A stretch of 16,472 nucleotides of DNA, taken from positions 1 through 16,472 of the forward strand of contig CAXBPH010000150.1 of the NCBI GenBank assembly GCA_963977445.1, given 5' to 3'. Below the pieces are notes generated by a model. The model was not told the DNA's origin. It worked only from the letters and a program-made list of their open reading frames with translations, and made no database searches. This document shows, in pieces, positions 8,021-15,313 of the stretch (positions within the stretch are counted from its first letter, which is position 1; each line of letters begins with the position of its first letter). Position numbers and translations under genes: made by a program. This stretch comes from an uncultured bacterium. Lineage in GTDB: Bacteria > Hydrogenedentota > Hydrogenedentia > Hydrogenedentales > JAEUWI01.

Positions 8021-8973
8021 CGTAGGCTCTCAATACGCGCACGGGTACTGACGATTTCTGTGATGCGGATTCCAAACTTTTCGTCCACCACAACCACGTC
8101 GCCTCGTGCGATCAGTTTTCCATTCACGAGCAGGTCCACCGGTTCATCAACCAGATGACCGACCTCAATGATTGAGCCAGGACCTAAATTCAAGACTTCA
8201 CCAATGGGCATCTCTACCCGTCCCAGTCGCGCAGTCGCGATCAGGCCGATGTCGAGCACCATCTCCATATTTTCGGATGTGGGCATGCCGGTCCCACCGC
8301 CTCCGCCACCACCCATGTCCCCCATGCCACCGGTTTCGCTACCGAATCCGCTTAGAATATCATTCATTTCGTCGGGGCTCAGTTCGGCTTCCGTGCCCAG
8401 AACGGGGTTCCCGGAACCCAGAAGGTCCTCAGGGACGAGGGCTTCGAGGCTCTGACTGAACAAGGCCACGCCCGAGCCCGAAAGGTCGGCGTTGTTGGTA
8501 AACGTGAAGGTGGTCATTCCACCATCGGCACCAACAAAAGCGGTGATTCCGTCGGTATTTTCTGCGCCCGTATCGATCAGTTGGACATCTTCCAACTGCT
8601 CAACGGTGCGCCCGATTCGCTCCATGATATTGGTGACGCCACCGCCCAACGCCGGATCCGCGATTTCCTTCAACATGGAGCGGTCGTCGTCGGTGAGGGT
8701 GCCCGTGGGGGTGAACTCCTGCTCCTGGATGAGGGCAGAAAACCGTGCCGCATCGTCAATGGCGAAGAGGATGGCAACGGAACCGAGTTCGTTCTGAATC
8801 TTACCCTGAAAGGAGACGGGGTATTTTGTTAAATGCTCCCGTAAGGCATCGGGTTCAATGGGTTCTGGTTCGTTGAGCTCGTACTGAAAGGTGCAGCTCA
8901 ACATGGCGTCCAAGACGTCAAAGGCCCCTTTGAGGAGTCCATCACCCACTATTTTTGCAGCAGCTATATTCAT
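8017..8973 (-). CDS. fliN: Flagellar motor switch protein FliN with an N-terminal CheC-like extension (FliY-like)
   Basis: C-terminal SpoA domain (NMEMVLDIGL..TARLGR...LGPGSIIEV..LVDEPVDLLVNGKLIARGDVVVVDEKFGIRITEI). Start moved to MNIAA (8973), 10 nt after the fliM stop. Confidence 0.9.
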   Translation of the reverse strand: MNIAAAKIVGDGLLKGAFDVLDAMLSCTFQYELNEPEPIEPDALREHLTKYPVSFQGKIQNELGSVAILFAIDDAARFSALIQEQEFTPTGTLTDDDRSMLKEIADPALGGGVTNIMERIGRTVEQLEDVQLIDTGAENTDGITAFVGADGGMTTFTFTNNADLSGSGVALFSQSLEALVPEDLLGSGNPVLGTEAELSPDEMNDILSGFGSETGGMGDMGGGGGGGTGMPTSENMEMVLDIGLIATARLGRVEMPIGEVLNLGPGSIIEVGHLVDEPVDLLVNGKLIARGDVVVVDEKFGIRITEIVSTRARIESLR

Positions 8974-8983
8974 CAGTAACCTG

Positions 8984-9967
8984 TTAATCCCGGTAGAAAT
9001 CCAGCAATTGAACCGCGCTGTTTTCGCGTCGACGGCCTGGGGCCGCAAAGAATTTTGGTCGCTCCCCTATTTCCACCAGAAGGGGGTCCAGGGTAGAGCT
9101 ATCCAATTGAATCACATCGCCCACCGAAAGGGTAGCAATATCTTTTACCGTAACCCGCGCGCGGCCCAAAACCGCGTCCACGGGAACTTTACTCCGCAGG
9201 AGCTGGCGGTAAATTGCGTTGCGTGTTAATTCGGCCATTTCATCCGACAGGCGCCGTGAAAAATGGGCCTGTTGTGAAATCTGGTCGAGAATGGGGTTGA
9301 GCACCAGGAGGGGTATGCAAAAATTCATGGTGCCCACCGTCTCCCCAATATGGACTTCGTATCCAACCAGAATGACCATTTCACTACCAGCCACGATTTG
9401 GACGATGAGCGGGTCACTTTCCTGTTGGAGCACACTCAATCGAAACTCGATGAGCTGCTCCCAGGAGCGTCGCAGGCTGTCGAGTATCATCATGACAATA
9501 CGCTGGATGATTCTGTTCTCTATTTCCGTCAATTCCCGAGGCTCGGGGAGGGTCATGCCCTTGCCGCCGAGGACGCGATCTACAATCGGGAACACCATCG
9601 ATGGGCTCATCTCAATCACCGCCGTGCCCTCCAGGGGGGACATGTTGATGATGGACAGGGCCGTGGGTCGCGCGACAGAGAGAATGAATTCGTCGTACGT
9701 CAGCTGATCAATGGACGTCAGGTCGACACGGACAACGGTGCGCAGAAAGGGGGGGAAGATGATACTGACTTCCCGTGAGAAGGCTTCAAACAGGCTTTGA
9801 AGCCCCTTGAGCTGTTCTTTGGAGACCCGCTCTGGTCGACGAAAATCGTAGGGCGACAGGTGGAGTTCCGGTTTCGCCTCGGCGTCTTGCTCAGCGTCGC
9901 CGATATCTCCTTCCGAGACGGCACCCAGAAGCAAATCGACTTCGTCTTGGCTGAGAATGTCGGCCAT
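8984..9967 (-). CDS. fliM: Flagellar motor switch protein FliM
   Basis: N-terminal CheY-P binding peptide MADILSQDEVDLLL, YDFRRPERVSKEQL, DRVLGGKG, RELTEIE, and a C-terminal SpoA domain. Confidence 0.97.
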   Translation of the reverse strand: MADILSQDEVDLLLGAVSEGDIGDAEQDAEAKPELHLSPYDFRRPERVSKEQLKGLQSLFEAFSREVSIIFPPFLRTVVRVDLTSIDQLTYDEFILSVARPTALSIINMSPLEGTAVIEMSPSMVFPIVDRVLGGKGMTLPEPRELTEIENRIIQRIVMMILDSLRRSWEQLIEFRLSVLQQESDPLIVQIVAGSEMVILVGYEVHIGETVGTMNFCIPLLVLNPILDQISQQAHFSRRLSDEMAELTRNAIYRQLLRSKVPVDAVLGRARVTVKDIATLSVGDVIQLDSSTLDPLLVEIGERPKFFAAPGRRRENSAVQLLDFYRD

Positions 9968-10015
9968 GCTAACCCTTTGTCCAAACGCCTGTTGCGATTC
10001 CGGAATTGTGAGGCG

Positions 10016-10044
10016 AGTATAGCACAGGGTAGGGGGTGGCGCAA
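10016..10044 (-). promoter_or_regulatory. Sigma70-type promoter of the fliM-fliN-fliA operon
   Basis: Minus strand TTGCGC(10044-10039)-N17-TATACT(10021-10016) with an extended -10 TGn, about 50 nt upstream of the fliM ATG. Confidence 0.6.
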
Positions 10045-10221
10045 GCGACCACAGCCGGGATAAGGTATTTGTTTTGAGTTAGATACAGCGCATTCATGGT
10101 TGGATTGCCTGGTGGCATCAGAAAAGGCTGTTCGATTGTCATCGTCCAGGCGGCTTAAGACGTTAATTCAGGTAGAGTTGTTTCTCTACTTACTGTTGCA
10201 GCAGTGCCATTGAGGCACTGT

Positions 10222-10263
10222 GACCACGGGCCCGTCCCATCCCTGCTGGCCCGTGGTTCTTTT
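10222..10263. terminator. GC-rich hairpin just downstream of the deacetylase stop; possible terminator
   Basis: 10-bp stem ACCACGGGCC(10223-10232)/GGCCCGTGGT(10248-10257) with a 15-nt loop. The U-rich tail (TCTTTT) is on the plus strand. Confidence 0.4.
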
Positions 10264-10268
10264 GGGGG

Positions 10269-11105
10269 TCACGTCGTGCCGAAACCCCGATTCAAGAGCC
10301 GCCTCAGGCGAATCCCCAGTCCCGAATCCTGCCATGCCATGGCATCCAGTCGACCATTTACCTTGTCCTGAAAAGAGCGAAGGCTATCGGTGCTGTCAAT
10401 CCATATCCGTCGCAATGCCCAGCGATTCCTGGGCGGACTGTTGTGGCCATACTGATTGGCACAGGCAAAAGAATAACCCGCTTCCGCTACCAGGCGTTCC
10501 GTCTGTTCCGTAAAATCGAGGGCAGACCCATAGGGATAGGCGAAGGCCGGGACGGGTTTCCCAAGTATTTCCTCCAGCGTGCGCTTTGATTCCTGAATTT
10601 CACGGGCCTGCTCAACGGGTGTTAATGCGGCGAGATGGGGATGATTCACGGTGTGTGCTCCGATTGCCACACCACGTCGATGGATCTCCCGCAATTCTTC
10701 CGGCGTCATAATGCGGCCCGTCTCCGGCTCTTTTTCACCGGGTCGGCTTTGACCCAGATGGCCCGACACCACAAAAATGGTGGCAGGGAGCTTGTGGTGC
10801 TCCAGAATGGGCAGGGCATTCACCAAGTTATCGGCATAGCCATCGTCAAAGGTGATGGCTACCCCGGGAGCTCCCTCCGCTGCTGCTTCCAACGTAATTA
10901 CCCTGTGCTTCGCCGCGAGCCAGGCCATTTGTTCCGCGAAGGCCTCCGGAGTCACGTTCATCTCGTAACGGCGATGACCGATACTGTGATACGTCAAGAT
11001 ACGCGATGCCGTCGACCCGGGCGAAGGGAAGAGGGGACTGGTGCCCACGATTGCCGCACGAATGCCGCGCTTCAACAGGTTCTTGGCCTGTTGTCCCCGT
11101 CTCAT
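10269..11105 (-). CDS. Polysaccharide deacetylase (CE4/NodB fold, IcaB/PgaB-like subgroup)
   Basis: ILTYHSI, ITFDDGY, GAHTVNHP, FAYPYG. Start MRRGQ (11105) overlaps the GT2 stop (ATGA). Confidence 0.92.
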   Translation of the reverse strand: MRRGQQAKNLLKRGIRAAIVGTSPLFPSPGSTASRILTYHSIGHRRYEMNVTPEAFAEQMAWLAAKHRVITLEAAAEGAPGVAITFDDGYADNLVNALPILEHHKLPATIFVVSGHLGQSRPGEKEPETGRIMTPEELREIHRRGVAIGAHTVNHPHLAALTPVEQAREIQESKRTLEEILGKPVPAFAYPYGSALDFTEQTERLVAEAGYSFACANQYGHNSPPRNRWALRRIWIDSTDSLRSFQDKVNGRLDAMAWQDSGLGIRLRRLLNRGFGTT

Positions 11106-11950
11106 GGGGTGATTTTCTTTGCGGTCAACAGGCCCCAGCCATAGCCCATGGCATAGCTGCAATAGGCCCCAAAGCGCATGAATCGCATTGTTGCCAACGC
11201 TTTCAGAAGTCGTAGGGGATAGCGCAAGATTCGGTATAGCAGCGTCGTGCGGGGCTGAAAGGTGGCATCGTGGAGGGATTCATGGGTTTCAAAGACGCAG
11301 TCCCGCTGAAACTTATAGGCATAGGCCGAACCAAAGCCATTCCGAAAGAAAATTCGGAGGAGTTTGCCCCAACCCGATGGCAGGGGGTGGTAAATACGCG
11401 CCTGTGGAGCGAGTACGACCCGATACCCGGCCGCCCGTAATCGAACCCGTAGATCGGGGTCGAGGCCCCGGAGTATGTCTTCCCGTTCCCGGCCCACGGC
11501 GTCGAAGATCGGCTTGGGTATGGCACAACAGCCGTGGCAGGCCAGATCACTATCGGTGACGACGTCGACGACGGGCGTGTGAAAACGGGGGAACTGGGTT
11601 GAGGCACGCTGCTGGAAGGCATTCGATTCCGGAAAAATAACAATACTGGCCCCGGCCATGCCAATGGCGTCATCGCCGTCAATGGTGTCTACGATGCGCT
11701 GAAAAACGTGCTCGTCGGCGAGCATGCTGTCGTCATCGAGAATCATGAGCAGACTTCCCCTGGCCTGGTCAGCCCCCTGATTGATTGCCTTTCCCTGGGG
11801 GGAAACGCCCTTAACAATAATTGTTTCAAAATCGGTATAGGTCTGGCGATTGACGCTATCGAGGAGGCGGGGAACACATCCGTTTCGGTGGCCATCCCAC
11901 GAGGGGATGAGTACCGAAACTCGCGGGTCTGGTGATGATGTTGGGTCCAT
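11102..11950 (-). CDS. Glycosyltransferase family 2
   Basis: VSVLIPSW, LLDSVNRQTY.DFETIIV, AINQG, DxD motif ILDDD, DPDLRVRLRAAGYRV.....ARIYH, and a basic amphipathic C-terminus. Confidence 0.9.
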   Translation of the reverse strand: MDPTSSPDPRVSVLIPSWDGHRNGCVPRLLDSVNRQTYTDFETIIVKGVSPQGKAINQGADQARGSLLMILDDDSMLADEHVFQRIVDTIDGDDAIGMAGASIVIFPESNAFQQRASTQFPRFHTPVVDVVTDSDLACHGCCAIPKPIFDAVGREREDILRGLDPDLRVRLRAAGYRVVLAPQARIYHPLPSGWGKLLRIFFRNGFGSAYAYKFQRDCVFETHESLHDATFQPRTTLLYRILRYPLRLLKALATMRFMRFGAYCSYAMGYGWGLLTAKKITP

Positions 11951-11958
11951 AGGGAGGG

Positions 11959-12009
11959 AGTATACGCGATGGGGGGATAGGGGTAAAGCGCCGGACGCTG
12001 TGCTATCAT
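11959..12009. promoter_or_regulatory. Back-to-back -10 elements for the GT2 gene (minus) and xerD (plus)
   Basis: Minus: TTTACC(11987-11982)-N17-TATACT(11964-11959), 8 nt before the GT2 ATG. Plus: extended -10 TGcTATCAT(12001-12009), 9 nt before the xerD ATG. Confidence 0.5.
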
Positions 12010-12018
12010 GGACGCACC

Positions 12019-12912
12019 ATGGTTACACTCGACACGGCATTGGATCGCTACCTACAGATGGCAGTTTTCGAAGCAGGGCATTCGGAAGCGACCTTGTCTG
12101 CCTATGGGGCCGATCTCCGGCGTTACCTCTTTTTTCTCGAGGAGAATGGGGTTTCCCATATTGATGACGTCACCCGGGACGATATCCTGGATCATCTGGG
12201 GGGACTGATTGCCTCCGGATTGCAGGTGCGATCACTGGCCCGCCACTTGAGTGCGATTCGCCGGTTTCACTACTACGCCCACGAAGAAAAGCTGTCTCCC
12301 CTCGACCCCTCCGAGGGCATTGAGACCCCGCGATTGCCTCGGCTCCTTCCCCATAGCCTCTCCCAGGAAGAAGTGGAGCGACTCCTCGCTGCGCCAGACC
12401 AGGATGAGGCGGAGAAAAACGGGATACGAGATGCGGCCATATTGGAGCTGTTTTACTCCTGCGGACTGCGCATTTCAGAGCTGTCGAAACTGGCGTTAAG
12501 TCAGGTGAATCTGGGAGAAGGGATGGTCCGGGTGCGGGGTAAGGGAAGCAAAGTCCGCCTGATACCCCTCGGGCGTCGGGCGCAGGAGCGTATTGCGACC
12601 TGGCTCACGGTTCGAAATGCCGGGACTATACAGGATGATGCGTTGTTTCTCGGAGAGCGTGGGAAGGAATTGGGCCGGGGGGCGGTCTGGCGCGTGGTGA
12701 AGTACTGGGTGCGTCGGGCGAATATTACGCGCAATGTGACGCCCCATATGTTGCGCCACAGCTTTGCCACCCACCTGTTGGATCATGGGGCAGACTTGCG
12801 AGCGGTGCAGGAATTGCTGGGGCATGCCGATATCAGCACGACCCAAATTTACACCTACGTCAGCGTTGCCCGACAACGGGAAGCCCACCAGAAGTTCCAT
12901 CCGCGCGCGTAG
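12019..12912 (+). CDS. xerD: Site-specific tyrosine recombinase XerD-like
   Basis: 297 aa. N-terminal SAM-like domain (TLSAYGADL; RSLARHLSAIRRF). Catalytic R (GLRISEL), K (GKGSK), HxxR (TPHMLRHSFATH), H (LGHADISTT), Y (QIYT). C-terminal HPRA. XerD versus XerC is not certain. Confidence 0.85.
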   Translation: MVTLDTALDRYLQMAVFEAGHSEATLSAYGADLRRYLFFLEENGVSHIDDVTRDDILDHLGGLIASGLQVRSLARHLSAIRRFHYYAHEEKLSPLDPSEGIETPRLPRLLPHSLSQEEVERLLAAPDQDEAEKNGIRDAAILELFYSCGLRISELSKLALSQVNLGEGMVRVRGKGSKVRLIPLGRRAQERIATWLTVRNAGTIQDDALFLGERGKELGRGAVWRVVKYWVRRANITRNVTPHMLRHSFATHLLDHGADLRAVQELLGHADISTTQIYTYVSVARQREAHQKFHPRA

Positions 12913-12975
12913 CCAAAGTCGTCGGTTTGCGTCTGAATTGCCATATATGCGCCGATACGAGTGGTTTGTATTTGT

Positions 12976-14046
12976 TTATGTGTGGACGCTGAACACGGGG
13001 CGGGGAACTTCTACTTCGCCGTTTTTGGGGGTTTCGTAGAGGATTGGGCGGTATAGGACCTGGAAGGGGTCGGTGCGACGCCCATAGAACCAGTCGGCCA
13101 GCAACTCCAAGCCTTCCGACCCCGCCTCGCGGAGGGGGAGCCATATATGGGCAATGGCTTCTGAAACGACGGACGCTTTATAGGTATAGGTCCATTCGAC
13201 AATGTCGAGATTTTCTCCGGGCATACGTCCCGCACGTCGGGCCCCTTCCCGGATGCTTGATCCATCTTCGGTCGCGCTGCATTCCACAAGGGCGGAAATG
13301 TTGCGGTCCAGGAGCAGGCGGTGTGTAACCCGGACGTTGTTGTCGGAATCAAACGTCGTGGGGCGCACGAGCGCTTCGTCGAAGGGGATGTTGGCCTCGT
13401 CGAGGGCTCGTTTATAGCCCCGGTCCCGCTCGAGTCCGGGTTGGAATCCTTCCAGCCCCTTCAACATTCCGATTCGGGTATGTCCCTTATCAATCAGGAA
13501 CTTGGTGCTGATATAGGCGGCTTCTTCATAGTCCACGGTGGCGCAGGAAATATCGTCGAAACCATCCAGACGTCCCATGGCCATGTAGGGGCAGCCGGCG
13601 TCATGGATCCTGCGCACGACGGGGTCATTGATACTCAAGGGGCCGGCGACGACACAGGCTCCATAGCGCTGCTCATTTACGCCTCGGGCGTAGTCATAGA
13701 GTCCGTCGCGTAGTGGCGGATTCATATCAAAACCGATAAATTCACCCGCCTTAAAGATGCGATTGAGCTCGAAAAAAATCCAGGTAAGCACGTCATTGCT
13801 GACGGGGATGATGTCGGGTGGGGCCGTTACGGCAACCCCGATACAGTCCGGTCGTTGTCGTCGGAGACTCCGTGCACCGGAGTGGGGGTGGAAATTAACT
13901 TCCCGGATGAAGCTCTCGACACGTGCACGGGTGCCTTTACCCACACCGGCCTGTTTATTGAGTACACGGCTGACGGTGCGTGCTGAGACGCCCAGTTCAT
14001 GGGCAATGTCGTGGATGGTATATCGACCCGAAGTCTTCTGTGCCAT
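12976..14046 (-). CDS. LacI-family transcriptional regulator
   Basis: HTH TIHDIAHELGVSARTVSRVLN, hinge helix ARSLR, periplasmic-binding-protein-like core (FLIDKGHTRIG, RDRGYKRALDE). Start placed at MAQKT (14046); an upstream TTG at 14085 is possible. Confidence 0.92.
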   Translation of the reverse strand: MAQKTSGRYTIHDIAHELGVSARTVSRVLNKQAGVGKGTRARVESFIREVNFHPHSGARSLRRQRPDCIGVAVTAPPDIIPVSNDVLTWIFFELNRIFKAGEFIGFDMNPPLRDGLYDYARGVNEQRYGACVVAGPLSINDPVVRRIHDAGCPYMAMGRLDGFDDISCATVDYEEAAYISTKFLIDKGHTRIGMLKGLEGFQPGLERDRGYKRALDEANIPFDEALVRPTTFDSDNNVRVTHRLLLDRNISALVECSATEDGSSIREGARRAGRMPGENLDIVEWTYTYKASVVSEAIAHIWLPLREAGSEGLELLADWFYGRRTDPFQVLYRPILYETPKNGEVEVPRPVFSVHT

Positions 14047-14194
14047 AGCTGTTAATGGTATCCCGTGCAAGTTCCCTTTGAACAACGTAGCATACGTACC
14101 CTATAAAAAGGAAGAATCTAGTTACGTTTGGGGGATGTGACCCGTCGGCCAGTGGGCCGAAGTTTTCAGCATGGGCGACGATGCCCATGGGGGG

Positions 14195-15145
14195 CTATAC
14201 CAGCTGGAATCGGCCAAATTGTTCGAAGTAGTAGACCAGGCAAAACTCGCTTACGTCATGGGGTAGGCCCACGAGCAATTTGATACGCTGCGGTCCCCCA
14301 TATTTTCCTTCGTCGTCTTCTTGCTCAACACCCTCCACCAATACTCGAACATCGTGAACGCCGAAACAGGCGTCCAGACTGTCCAACCCCGATATTTCCA
14401 GGTTCGCCGGTGCGAGCATGAGTTCTCCTGGCTCCCAGGCGGTGAATCCTTCGCTACGATCGGGCGGGGTGATGGTCAGGTCGAGCCAGACGTAGCGACG
14501 GGGCACCTCCGGCTCGTCGTCTTCAAAATCGTCGTCAGAATCGTCACCAGAATCGTTGTCATGGACGGGCGCATCGGTCCATTCGTAGCCGTGGAGTTCC
14601 ACGATAGCGCCCGAGAGGGCTTTGCCTTTCATCTTGAAGGGCGCGCTGAAAAGACGGCGGATGGCCGCGCCGATCAGGAGTTTGACGATGAAGTAGCCAA
14701 GGATGAGCCCGACACCGAGTGCGACGGGAATATAGTCCAGATAGGTTAAGGCGACGATGGCGATTAAGAATAGTAGCCGGACGGGCTTGATGCGGAAGCG
14801 TTTCGAATTGTCAGACACGGTATTACTCTTTTCCTTTCTGGCAACGGGCAGGGGAGGGGAACTCGTATGTTGTTGGGGCGGTGGCTCCAGGGTGGCCGCG
14901 ATGCGATCTCTCAAGGGCCGAACTTTTTCATAGTTAAAATCGTGCAGGAGGCGATCGCATACGGCGAGGGCACGATCATAACGCCGCAATTGCTCCAGCG
15001 TGCGGGCCTGGGCATTCAGGATTCGGTGGTTGTTGGGAAAATGGGTGTCGATAGCTTCCAGCTCGACGAGGGCATCTTCGAATCGACCCACGGTAAAAAG
15101 TTTATCCGCTTTTGCAAAACGGATACCGGCTTCTTTCTTTTCCAT
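14195..15145 (-). CDS. Hypothetical TPR-containing membrane protein with an acidic C-terminal domain
   Basis: Start MEKKE (15145) with a GAGG SD. TPR-like pair (ADKLFTVGRFEDAL; ARTLEQLRRYDRAL), hydrophobic hairpin (LLFLIAIVALTYL; VALGVGLILGYFIVKLLIGAAI), Asp/Glu tract, beta-rich C-terminus. Confidence 0.8.
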   Translation of the reverse strand: MEKKEAGIRFAKADKLFTVGRFEDALVELEAIDTHFPNNHRILNAQARTLEQLRRYDRALAVCDRLLHDFNYEKVRPLRDRIAATLEPPPQQHTSSPPLPVARKEKSNTVSDNSKRFRIKPVRLLFLIAIVALTYLDYIPVALGVGLILGYFIVKLLIGAAIRRLFSAPFKMKGKALSGAIVELHGYEWTDAPVHDNDSGDDSDDDFEDDEPEVPRRYVWLDLTITPPDRSEGFTAWEPGELMLAPANLEISGLDSLDACFGVHDVRVLVEGVEQEDDEGKYGGPQRIKLLVGLPHDVSEFCLVYYFEQFGRFQLV

Positions 15146-15313
15146 ACAAACCTCGTCCCGACGCACCGAATAGGGCGAATTCCTCTTGATTACCAATGGG
15201 GGCGATTGAAATTCCACGTCACGCCTCGGCAATCCCCAATTTTCCCACGGTCATTGTGAAGTTTTTTGACCACCGGGTGCAAGGGTGTCGCGTCGAGCCC
15301 CTAGGAGCAGGGA

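Noticed and set aside
8285..8345. GCC/ACC-rich repeats as a DNA repeat element
   Set aside because: They are explained by the Gly/Met-rich linker codons of FliN. No CRISPR-like or tandem repeat array is visible in the window.
12019..12975. Tyrosine recombinase as a phage/island integrase, or a nearby dif/att site
   Set aside because: Length and motifs fit housekeeping XerD/XerC. There is no adjacent tRNA, flanking direct repeat, mobile cargo or dif-like 28-mer.
14170..14189. Hairpin CATGGGC/GCCCATG after the TPR-membrane gene as a terminator
   Set aside because: There is no U-tract downstream on the minus strand. It may be only a stabilising stem.
14047..14194. LacI autoregulatory operator
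   Set aside because: I could not find a convincing CG-centred palindrome of the LacI type.
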